A DNA stretch of 63,579 nt, the filler included, from Globobulimina sp. (taxonomy: Eukaryota), in the NCBI GenBank assembly GCA_003354225.1. It is 36 parts of 36 records of this genome, joined end to end, with 100 filler letters (N's around TTAATTAATTAA, not from the genome) between each part and the next. Parts side by side here need not be neighbours in the genome. Positions count along the whole stretch, not along the records: positions 23,008 to 24,676 come from PIVH01013363.1; positions 24,777 to 26,445 come from PIVH01013364.1; positions 26,546 to 28,214 come from PIVH01013365.1; positions 28,315 to 29,983 come from PIVH01013366.1; positions 30,084 to 31,752 come from PIVH01013367.1; positions 31,853 to 33,521 come from PIVH01013368.1; 30 more parts are not named here. The stretch is one strand, 5' to 3'. The translations under genes were made by a program, and so were the position numbers. Positions within the stretch are counted from its first letter, which is position 1, and every line of letters starts with the position of its first letter. The notes below the pieces were generated by a model. That model saw only the letters and a list, made by a program, of their open reading frames with translations, was not told where the DNA came from and did no database searches. Shown here one piece after another: positions 23,008 to 33,621 of this stretch.

Positions 23008-24070
23008 TACGAATTGAACAACATTGTATTATTAACGTATACATTGACAATGGTAAATATTGTTTGATAAACGCTCATTTTTGGAATATCTATGCTAGAG
23101 TTTTTAAAAATAGTTTCACTCATTTCACGATTCTGATAATGTGCTTCTTCTTCTTTTATTGTAGAATGTGTTTTTTTATATAAATGTTTTTTATGTAAAG
23201 ACAAAAACGAAGATTTGTTGATTGCAAACGGAGTCATTGCGATGGATGTATTTAATCGGAAAGTTGCATAATCTCTGGTTGCTGTATTGATTGATGTTGC
23301 CTCCGTATGTTGAGAATGAATTGTATTCACACTGCCTGTCGATAAACCTCTATTCAATTTGGGATGATTTAACTCCAATGATATTACATCATCGTCAAAC
23401 GGCAAAAATGGCACCGGTACTCTCAATCCGTTTGCTTCATCGTCATCATCGTCAGATAATGGTGAGAATGAGGACACAGATTCAATACTTAAAACACGAC
23501 GGATTGGTCTTATATAATTATTATATTTAGAACAAAACAGATTGATTGCATTATTTGTATATTTAATAATATTAAAAACACAATTAAATACCTAAAATTT
23601 GCTGTTGCTTTAGTAGTTAAACGGGAAGCAATAGATTTGATGGCACTGAATGTTGTGTTTAATATTGGTGGTGGCGATACAAAATGTGGTCGTTTGGGTG
23701 AAGGAGAGAGTGAATTTGGCTTTTTATTGCATGGGGATATTGATGAAAAATCAGTGGGTGTTATTGATGGAATATGTGATGGGGTGTATACACTTTGCGG
23801 TTTTGATGGAGTGATTGGAGTCATATTTGATGGTAAATTAGGAATTACAGATTTACGATCACTATGCGTATTATTATTATTACTAAATACATGAGAATAA
23901 AATTGTTGGTTTCGTAAAGATGAAGGTGGCGATGGTGATGTTATACTGTAGCGTTTATTTATTGGTTGATGTTCAGGGATCGATATTGGAAGAGACACCT
24001 TTCTTGATAATGATGGGCGAGGTAAAATCGGTGGTGGTGTCTTTACATGCTCTTCAAAATCAAGTCTCAT
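23008..24070 (-). CDS. Probable amino-acid transporter (AAAP family) with a long Pro/Ser-rich N-tail, 3' truncated; intron 23509-23591
   Basis: The intron joins ORFs 23510-24070 and 22956-23477; MSVYQTIFTIVNVYV resembles AAAP TM1. Confidence 0.55.
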
Positions 24071-24161
24071 AATTAATTAACGTTTTCGGTTCCGGCAGCA
24101 ACCCGCATTGTACTAATTATTAAATTGTAATTCTTACAAAAAACTGTGTCAACTTAAAACA

Positions 24162-24676
24162 ATGGTAATACCTAAATTTTATCGATGGTTATCTGAACGA
24201 TACCCACTGATAAACCAACGAATAGCCGGACGAGTAGGTCCAGAATTTGATAATTTATACATTGATTTAAATCCAATCATCACTCGGTGTTGTAATGAAT
24301 CATCCTCTGCATCCTTATCAATCTCAGCAATTTTTAATGAAATATGTAAAATTGTACAACTCGTAAAACCGAAAAAAGTATTATATTTATCCATAGATGG
24401 TGTCTCACCAAATGCAAAATACAACAAAATTCGACAAGAAACTTTTCTAAATGCCTTCAATAATTCCATGGAGTCCAAAATGGAAAAAGAAGAGAATAAT
24501 CCAGGCCGATTTGATGCGAATTGCATAATGCCAGGAACGCTGTGGATGGACAAACTAAACCGCGAAATTGAACTATTTATTCGGCGACAAATCACTGAAA
24601 ACATAATTTGGAAGCGATTGACCATAATCTACGACGATTACTTATCGCCGCAAGAAGCCTCGCACAAAATTATGAA
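24162..24676 (+). CDS. XRN-family 5'-3' exoribonuclease-like protein, N-terminal domain, divergent
   Basis: MVIPKFYRWLSERYP, EFDNLYIDLN, SIDGVSP.AK, FDANCIMPGT, EASHKIM. Confidence 0.9.
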
Positions 24677-24776
24677 NNNNNNNNNNNNNNNNNNNNNNNN
24701 NNNNNNNNNNNNNNNNNNNNTTAATTAATTAANNNNNNNNNNNNNNNNNNNNNNNNNNNNNNNNNNNNNNNNNNNN

Positions 24777-24950
24777 AGAAATTTTGATCATATCTATATA
24801 TATGATCACATGACTACATATATGTGTACATAGAAATTTTGATCATATCTATATATATGATCACATGACTACATATATCTGTACATAGAAATTTTGATCA
24901 TATCTATATATGATATGATCACACACATGACCACATATATTATACATATA
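24777..24950. repeat. 55-bp tandem repeat (~3 copies) with an internal TGATCATAT..ATATGATCA palindrome
   Basis: Units start at 24777, 24832 and 24887. Confidence 0.85.
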
Positions 24951-25173
24951 TAGCTAATATATATGAGATATATTTGTATATATTAGACCTTGACAGGTCC
25001 ACCATTTAGTAAATATATTAGCTGTAACTAATATATTAGCTACTCATATGCGTATATCTTATCGGGAACACTACTGTATTAATTCATTTTCAATCTAGGG
25101 AATATTGGTTGGCTCTTCATAGGTAAACAAACAAAGATAAAAATAAACAAACCTGGATTAATGGTTACATCAC

Positions 25174-25228
25174 TGGCGCCCCACGCCAGGATTTGAACCT
25201 GGATTGCTCCCAATTCCGCTACGTGGAG
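25174..25228 (-). ncRNA. tRNA-like sequence lacking the anticodon arm
   Basis: CTCCACG-TA-GCGGAATTGGGAGC-AAT-CCAGG-TTCAAAT-CCTGG-CGTGGGG-CG-CCA: 7-bp acceptor stem, A-box, 5-bp T-stem with B-box, terminal CCA. Confidence 0.6.
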
Positions 25229-25289
25229 TTGATACAGGCATAGCTTTTTAAGACATGTTTGACAGCATTAGTGACTTTTAGTGAAAGCG

Positions 25290-25611
25290 TTTTTTACACG
25301 CAACATATGCCCGAGTTATCCTAAGGTGAATGTGTTTTTACACGCAAGTCATGTCCAAGTTATCGTAAGGTGGTTTGGTCGAGCGACTCGCCCGAGTTAT
25401 CGTAAGGCAAAGGTGCACTTTTTTACACGCAACTTTATGCCCGAGTTATCCTAAGAGGAATGTGCACTTTTTACACACAACTTTATGCCCTAGTTAGCCC
25501 AAAATATTTCCCAAAAAAAACTCGGCCAACTCTGGCGACAGTTTCGACCAACACCACCTTAAGCTAACTAGGGCATATTTTTGCGTGTAAAAAAACACAC
25601 ATTCCCTTAGG
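25290..25611. repeat. ~45-50-bp repeats (TTTTTACACGCAAC..GCCCGAGTTATCCTAAG), four direct copies plus one inverted copy
   Basis: Copies near 25290, 25335, 25418 and 25468; inverted copy at about 25556-25611. Confidence 0.8.
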
Positions 25612-25801
25612 GAAAATCATACAATATATGATCAAATTTACCTCACAAACCCTCTCATATAGTCATACATGTATGATTTTTTGGTCATAACATATAGTCA
25701 TACATAATTCATTATCTCGGACGGGATCCCCTTTATTTCATACAATGATCATAAATGTATGATTCTGCTTCTTATAGGAGTTATCCCTGTAGATAACCTA
25801 C

Positions 25802-26035
25802 AATTATTACAGTTTATAGATACCAAATTACCCAAAATACAACGATACCTAATTATTAATAGAAAATATATTCATTAAACTCACACAAATACAATCCATT
25901 AAACCCAATACGCACATATCATTCATCAAAATTAAATCGCATAACAATAATATATTCAATGATAAAGTGGATGAATTAGCTAATTTTGCAGCTAAACATA
26001 CAAAATATAATCCAGAAAGATTTGCGCCGCGATGA
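25802..26035 (+). pseudogene. Retrotransposon RNase H fragment
   Basis: ISFIKIKSHNNNIFNDKVDELANFAA matches the RNase H ..KxH....N..xD.LA motif; in-frame stops upstream. Confidence 0.7.
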
Positions 26036-26100
26036 TTAATTGAATGCAGATCAATTGAATGCAGATTAATTGAATGCAGATTAATTGAATGCAGATTAAT
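26034..26100. repeat. 15-bp tandem repeat GATTAATTGAATGCA, ~4.5 copies
   Basis: Directly visible. Confidence 0.9.
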
Positions 26101-26545
26101 TTTATGATATTATTTGGTATTAAGCCAAAATACGAACATTCGCGTTGGTCATAAACAACTGCGCCGAGCTTCTTTCTATAAACTCGCATATTTCACTCAT
26201 CTGCAAACCGTGTTTAATTGATAAAAAGTTGCGAATTGCGATGCTTGCCACTTGTCGGTGCACCTTTGATGCTTCTCAAATATCACGCAATCGACCTCAA
26301 ATACAGTATATGAGTAGCTAATATATATTAGTTACAGCTAAAATATTTACTAAATGGTGGACCTGTCAAGGTCTAATATATACTAATATACAGTGGTGTA
26401 TCGGATAAGATGCAGACGCTATGACCAAAAATTTCAATATGACAANNNNNNNNNNNNNNNNNNNNNNNNNNNNNNNNNNNNNNNNNNNNTTAATTAATTA
26501 ANNNNNNNNNNNNNNNNNNNNNNNNNNNNNNNNNNNNNNNNNNNN

Positions 26546-28214
26546 GGATATTGTCCATGTGGAGCCAGTGGGTCAGTCTCAAGCCGATATAGCTGAGCCT
26601 GTGGACGATGGCAATGATGACAGCAAAAAGGATATGGAGCCGGATGACGTTGTCAAGTTCAGTTTTTTTTATGTTTCCAGTGTGAAACAAATTGTATTTT
26701 CGATGCAAAAAACGCTTTGAAACTGCGCGTTATATTGTGTTTGCTTGCGATTTTGCGAAATATTTAACATGTTTTTGATAGGGATAACGAGGAAGAGCCA
26801 GCAGGAGAATATAAGGAGGATAAGGCGAAAAAAAGCAAAAAAACATCGTCAAAGACCAAGAAGGCAAACGCAAATAAATCGGATGGTAAAACGAAGAAAG
26901 GTAAGAAGACTGGATCGAGTTTGCCAAAAACGCAAAAAGAGACGCAATTAAATGACGCCTTCGATGAAAAGGAAAGGGAGGAAATGAAGCAGCGAAGGAA
27001 GGATCGACGGCGTACTCAGAGGAAAGATGAAAAAGAGATGAATGCGCGGATCAAAATTGAAAAACGTGAACGTAAACAAGCGAAAAAAGCCAAGAAAGCG
27101 GCGCAAAAAGAGGCCGCTGCAGAGGCAGAGGATCAGGGCGAGAAGAAAGAGGATGGCAAGAAAGGAAAGAAAAAGAACAAACAGGACGAGCTCACCAATA
27201 AAAATAAGAAATTAACCACTAAAAAGTTCCGAATTGGAGACAAAATCCGCGTGGTCAATCTAAACGGGAATAAAGTAAAATATCCAGGCATCATTCGATG
27301 GGTTGGCGTCTTCGACGGCGATAAAGACGATAATACCAAAAAAAAGAAAGGTATATAGCTTCAGTGTGACACTGATTTTGTTTTTACATGTTGCAATATG
27401 CAAAAAAAACAAAAATATGTCAAATTGCAATGTTGTATTTCAGGTAAATTGACATTTGGTGTTGAATTATTGGAGAATGAGGGCGAGAATGACGGCAGTT
27501 ACGGCGGTAAACGGTATTTCGAGACAAGTGAGGATGCGAAGACTGGCGTGTTTGTCAAACGCATAGATTTCCGCAAGCACCACGCCGGCGAGATCACCAA
27601 AACCGAACATGAACACACCATCAAACGAAAGAAAGGCCGTCGGCAACGGAATGACGCGCAAATGTATGGCAATATGTTTGACCATTTGTGGACGGAGAGG
27701 ATCGATATAATGACTGGTTCCGTCCAGGTGCAGCACAAAATGGGTCCGCGCGAAATCGGCAAAATTCGAGGCTGGAAAGGCTATAAATACAACGAGTCAG
27801 ACGATGGCGGCTTTTTAGCCGATAAGTCCACGTCGAGAAAAAAGGACTATTCCGAGGCGGCCAAAGTCACCAAAGCCGGACCGCGAGATATCGGCACTGC
27901 GCATGGATGGCGAGGCTATAAATATGACGAAGACGAACAAAAGAAGAGTACAAAAAAAAATAAACACGAAGAGGAGAAACATGCCCGTGCCCAAGGTACT
28001 TTTTTTTAGATTTTTATCAGTTGGAAACTGCCTTTTTTTTGGTGATTAGGTCCCCGTGATATTGGTACATCGCATGGATGGAAGGGATTGAAATTTGATA
28101 ATGATTATTTCGAGAAATTGCGACGGAAAAAACAACGAAAAAAAGAGAAGGAAAAGGCGAAGGCATTGGAAAAAGACAAACAATTAAAATCTGAGTTCGA
28201 TCCGCGATTCATCA
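26546..28214 (+). CDS. Lys-rich CAP-Gly domain protein with three GPR(D/E)IG..GW(K/R)G(Y/L)K(Y/F) repeats; introns 26657-26781, 27351-27443 and 27996-28049; both ends truncated
   Basis: IGDKIRV..GIIRWVG..|GKLTFGVEL..GENDGSYGGKRYF..GVFV is a CAP-Gly domain; all three introns are GT-AG and frame-restoring. Confidence 0.85.
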
Positions 28215-29193
28215 NNNNNNNNNNNNNNNNNNNNNNNNNNNNNNNNNNNNNNNNNNNNTTAATTAATTAANNNNNNNNNNNNNNNNNNNNNNNNNNNNNN
28301 NNNNNNNNNNNNNNACAGCAATAATGTAATGGACAACTATTTGGCACGAATGCCACTAATTTGTCTCTAATTGTGTTACTGCAATGATGGGGTTTAATAA
28401 TTCTGTTACCCGCTGCACAACCTTTATTTGGATTTTTATGGTTTGGCCATGATGCTGTGGTCCTCCGAATTGCATCATAATATTGTTTTTGCTCTTTTTC
28501 ATCATTTGACGCTTCTTTTAATTCATCACACGCTTTTTCAAATTCACCTATATGTGTTTAATAAGGGACGTCATGTTATAAAATCAATGCATATTGTTTT
28601 AAGTAACTTTTTGGTTTCTTTTTGTTATCAGGTGCTGCTGCCATTGTGATCTAAATGAGTTACTCAGACAAGTGTTTTCGGATGCACAGTTGATTCAAAA
28701 TTCAAAAAAATATAACATCAAATATATAATAGCATTTTTGCTGCCGGATCCGAGCGCATTTAGGATAAACTTCTGTTAAAAATATTTGATCCAAACAAGT
28801 CGGAAACAAGTGTTGTTATCTAGGCAATTAAAAAAAAGTAACATATTGAAATTTAAGCATTTTTACACATAAAATATAATATTAATAGAAAATTGAAAGG
28901 CATCACAAATCAAACGCTCAAAATAGCAGAAAACAACTATAACAACCATAAAATCATCCTCATTACATACAAATAAGCAAACATAATTTGGATAAAAGAT
29001 GCACATATTTTATAAATAAATATAAAAATAAGGTTGGTATGAAAGAAAATATAGAAATAAAATTTAAAAATAAAGAGTTTTTGGGAGTTATTTGGGTGGG
29101 TTGGGGGTGTATTGTATCTAAGATAGGCACCACCCCCATGGCTGCATACATCCTCAGCATCTCAAACAAATGATTCGTTCGGCTTTTTTTTAT

Positions 29194-29983
29194 TTAATAA
29201 GGCGAATATCGAGCTCCCTGTGATTGATGATATGATTGATGAGAACATGAATAAGGACCTGGATGTCGTGGAATATTTGCAATTGGATATCCCAATGCCG
29301 GTTCCGGTGATACACATAGTGGCACAGCGCTTGTTTGAGCACGTAAAACCAATGGATTATTATACTTATTTTTACTCAAATTATTACCTTTAAAAATAAG
29401 ACCAAAATCACCGACTGCTACACCTTTTTTTGCATAAAATACAACCTCAATATCTTCAATATTGTCATTACGGATCATAATCATTGCATGACCTTCGATT
29501 CTTTTCTTTCTCTTTTTTTTGTTCCTTGGATCGTCAATCAAATTACAAAAACCTACGCCTAATAAACCTTTTGTAGCTTTTAAAATCATTAAACCATCAT
29601 TCACCAATTTAATTGCTATCAACGGCGCAAACGTCATACAATCCGTTCTCTGATAAATAAATATAAAAAAAGTTAAACATATACAAATTCAGAACAGATC
29701 TCACTTGTTTACATACAAATTGCAAAGTACTCAAACCTGAGAGGTCCCGGTTGCTTTCACAAAGGCAGCATCACCGATCATTTTAAGCCAAAATTCTTGA
29801 GCAGTTCCACGACATTGAGCAATCATAGAAAAATCAAACTGTTTAACACCAATAACTTGTTTGAGTATTGCTGCTGCTGATTTTTGATCACAATCGACAG
29901 CAATGGCAAATAGCGCTGCTAATGACATACTAGATATACTCTGAAATGCAGACAGGTTAAAACCTGGACAGCAATTACTTCCT
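29194..29983 (-). CDS. Hypothetical protein with a possible degenerate SET domain, 5' truncated; intron 29650-29736
   Basis: The intron joins the two ORFs in frame; FCNLIDDP ... EVVFYAKKGVAVGD resemble SET motifs. Confidence 0.45.
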
Positions 29984-30083
29984 NNNNNNNNNNNNNNNNN
30001 NNNNNNNNNNNNNNNNNNNNNNNNNNNTTAATTAATTAANNNNNNNNNNNNNNNNNNNNNNNNNNNNNNNNNNNNNNNNNNNN

Positions 30084-31109
30084 TATTAGAAATAAATAAG
30101 ATCATTAAAAATATAATAGAGACCAATAAGCAATGTTGTCCGTTGCAGATTGATGTTGTTATTTTAGGCCGGGAACATTCGCCAAAAAATGATGAGGATA
30201 AAAAAGATTTTGACGACGATGACGATGACGATGATGATGAGGATGCAATGATGGCGGTCTGTTTTTTATCTTTATGATTTCCCCAGATTTCAGAAACGTT
30301 TTTCAATCTCAGAAACGTTTTCAATTTTAGAACGTTTTTGATTTCTGAAACGTTTCTGGCCAGAAACGTTTTTATACACATTTTTATGTAAAAATATTTA
30401 TTAGAAATTAACAGCGGCCACGAATAATTATATGGGTACAGCCGGTTTATCAAATCATTTACCAAGCGATGGAATGGCTGTATTTTTGGGTGGTAAAAAG
30501 ATTGAAATGGTGACTGGCAAAATATCATTAACGAACTTGGCATTGACGAACAGAATGATTCAACAAAGTGTTACAAAGCAATTAGGAAATAAAAGGAATC
30601 AAAGGATAATAGTTTGCATTGATCGTAGCTCAAAAAGAGAGTGTCATAAGAAAGAGGACGAAGATATGTTTTATATATATCAACTGGATGGATTTGATGA
30701 GATTCGTAAAGATTACAATGAGGAACATATGAGTTGGATGACCAAACGGCAAATCTTTCCTGATTGGCGAGGGAGTTCCGGCGGTTTGAAGCTTTATAAA
30801 GGTGGAGGTGATGATATTGGTGATAATGGCTTTGTGTTTTCATTTCATATCCATTCTAAAAATAAGGTGAAATGTGAACAATTTATTAAAGCACAGAGAT
30901 TGCCGTTTTTGCCGTATCATATGATTAGTTTATGGCCAATGTATTTTGATGGGAAATTTAATGAAGTGAATGAAACCAATGATAGTAAGTACATTTATAA
31001 TAATTGGAAACTACCAACTGATGATGCTATGTTTATTAAATGGATAAAAGTTATTGATCCTGAACTGTATAAAGCTGTGGAAAAGCAACATTTGACACAA
31101 AAGCAATAA
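30084..31109 (+). CDS. Hypothetical protein, 5' truncated; intron 30257-30404
   Basis: An acidic exon joins in frame to the 225-aa ORF via GT-AG. Confidence 0.6.
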
Positions 31110-31211
31110 TACATTGTATTTTGTAACTGTTGTGTTGTGTTTTAATTAAATGATCATTAAATTAAATAAAAAAAACGTTAATTTTCAGAGTCTCTGGGTA
31201 TGAATTGTGAT

Positions 31212-31752
31212 CATGGTCAATCAATACTACTTTCGCAACTTCTTTGTTGGTAATTTAAACCCGTCAGAAACTAAATGTATCTCATCGCCTCTCTCAGAAG
31301 TTCAAATCCATTCCACTCTCCGATTTGCCCAAATTGGTGCAATGGCTGGTTTTGTTATTGGTGAATTTGTTGGATTATATCGAGCCAGAAAATTTAAATC
31401 TGGATTGATGGCAACGTCTGCTTTTTTATCTGCGCAGAAATCAAGTAATTGGATGATAACATGCTCAGTGTTATCGTTTCCGGCGTCTTATGGATATTAT
31501 TCAATCAAAGGGTACGAATACAGTTAAAAACAAATTATTTGTTTTTATTTTGTATGTAATGAATGGATAGATTGTACTTGAAAAACAGATGAGTTTTATG
31601 ATCGTGCGTATAGACTACGTTTAAATAAATATCAACTTCGCATAGATCGTGCCGCATTAATCGGTGCAATGTTTGGTGGTTTGTTATTGTTTAAAAAGAA
31701 ACGATTTTTGGATGGAATTGCTATGGGAATGGTTAATGGCTTGTTTTTTATG
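31212..31752 (+). CDS. DUF1757-like small membrane protein (intron from 31512; apparent 1-nt homopolymer indel near 31581)
   Basis: EVQIH..AQIGAMAG and EFYDRAYRLRLNKYQLRIDR..G motif. Confidence 0.65.
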
Positions 31753-31852
31753 NNNNNNNNNNNNNNNNNNNNNNNNNNNNNNNNNNNNNNNNNNNNTTAA
31801 TTAATTAANNNNNNNNNNNNNNNNNNNNNNNNNNNNNNNNNNNNNNNNNNNN

Positions 31853-33152
31853 TTTGGATAAAAAAAAATTGAAATTGTTAAGAAATTGCAATCATTCGTT
31901 ATGCTCACAATGCTTGAAATCATTCATAGCATCAAATTTAAAAAATATCTCCAAATATCCAATGAAATGCTATAATGTTAGTAATTGTAATCAAATCATT
32001 GACTTCAATGATATTTTGGATGTATTAACAAACAAAAATGATTTAAAAATATTTGAAAAATTTAGTGTTTTATGTGCTATCCCTGAAACTGAGCGTGATT
32101 TATGTCCCAAATGCGACATGATATTTTTTATGAAATCTCGTGTCGAAAGATCGAGATTATTTGACTTGAATAAAAACAAAAACAACACACATTGTTTAAA
32201 CAGTGAATGTGACAATAAATTTGGTATGAAAATCAATATTAAAAGTTTTAGCTTCAATGTAAGAAAGCATCATTGTCGTATTTGTGGAGGTTGTTATTGT
32301 TCCGATTGCTCCTCATTTACATTGCCATTAACTGCCGCATCATGCACCATATTACAGCAATATGTCGACACTGGATCTGACAAAGCGGAGAATTGGAACA
32401 ACGTCAACTCAAAGCAATGGTGGTTAACTTGGATAAATAGACTGAAAAATGATAATAAAACATGTTCAGATATCGATGCAAAATCAGAGGAAAAATATGA
32501 TACTTATAATGAACCTGTACATGGTATACACGGTCATGACGAAGATTGGATGAATAAATATTTAAAAGAATTAGAAAAACAGCAACAATTACAACAAAAT
32601 GAAAATACAAATACGGATTTCACACAGTCGGAGAAAGAAAAAATATCAAATAAAAACGTGCGTTGTTGTGAAGATTGCTGGCTGTCATATTACAAAATCC
32701 GTTGTATGGAATGTAATTATATTTATTGCATAAAATGTAAAAAAGAATGGGGCGTTGATAAGAAACATCAATGTAAACAATTGAAACATATTCGCAGTCG
32801 TTCTCGAGTGGTGATTGCTGATTTGAGTGAATTGAATGAGTTAAAAAATGAAGATTTTATGTTAGGTGAAGGATATAAGAAATGTCCAGGTTGCTTTGCA
32901 TGGATATCAAAGATTGAAGGATGTAATCATATGATTCATGCTCGGTGTCCAAATCCAAATGAATTTGCGAAACAATGTACTAATTTCTGCTATTGTTGCG
33001 GTGAGGGTTTATATGAACCTTTTTATAAGTATGAAAAAGACGGAACATTGCATTTCCCAAATGGACGATTTAGTGAATGTAGGAAATATAAAATAAAACG
33101 CGTTGTAAAGAAATATAAATTCAAATCCATAAGAAATAAATTGAATTTGTAA
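31853..33152 (+). CDS. RBR (RING1-IBR-RING2) E3 ubiquitin ligase with an inserted FYVE domain, 5' truncated
   Basis: CNHSLCSQC..KCYNVSNC; CPKC; RKHHCRICGGCYCSDC..VRCCEDC; RCMECNYIYCIKCKKEW..HQC; KKCPGC..IEGCNHM..C..FCYCCG. Confidence 0.88.
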
Positions 33153-33308
33153 TTTAAAATTAAATCAATATTAAAAAACAATTAAAACATGTACAAGATC
33201 AATTTTTTTTAATTTATAATTCGTAAACAAACGTTAATTGCATAAACGGGAAAAAGCAGATTTTCGCTCTAGTTAAGTTAAAAAACGTGCAGATCCATAA
33301 ATTAAAAT

Positions 33309-33521
33309 ATGGAAGAACGTGCTGAAGAAAAAGTACCAAGTTCAAATATCAATATCCCATTAAACAAGGATATTGAGACATTTATTGCAGCAGAAATGGG
33401 AGATTTGGATAAAGTCCAAGCATATTATAACATGAACCATACCATCGATCACCAAAGGAAGTTTAAGCTTAATGGCGAACCATATAATGGATGGGCAACA
33501 CCATTAATGTACACCTGTCGA
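33309..33521 (+). CDS. Ankyrin-repeat protein, N-terminus
   Basis: AAEMGDLDKV, GWATPLMY. Confidence 0.65.
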
Positions 33522-33621
33522 NNNNNNNNNNNNNNNNNNNNNNNNNNNNNNNNNNNNNNNNNNNNTTAATTAATTAANNNNNNNNNNNNNNNNNNNNNNN
33601 NNNNNNNNNNNNNNNNNNNNN

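Larger units (their letters stand above)
24969..26390. mobile_element. Non-autonomous element with ~82-bp terminal inverted repeats and captured internal fragments
   Basis: 24969-25049 is a near-perfect reverse complement of 26308-26390 (TATATTAGACCTTGACAGGTCCACCATTTAGTAAATAT...). Confidence 0.75.

Noticed and set aside
25174..25270. tRNA-Sec, suggested by the GGGCGCCA 3' end
   Set aside because: No UCA anticodon arm, long D-stem or variable arm; the acceptor partner lies only 55 nt away.
25290..25611. Repeat array as a possible CRISPR
   Set aside because: Repeats are degenerate, intervening segments are short and similar to each other, one copy is inverted, and no cas genes are present.
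31571..31590. Frame break in the DUF1757-like gene as recoding
   Set aside because: One extra A in a homopolymer explains it; most likely a sequencing error.
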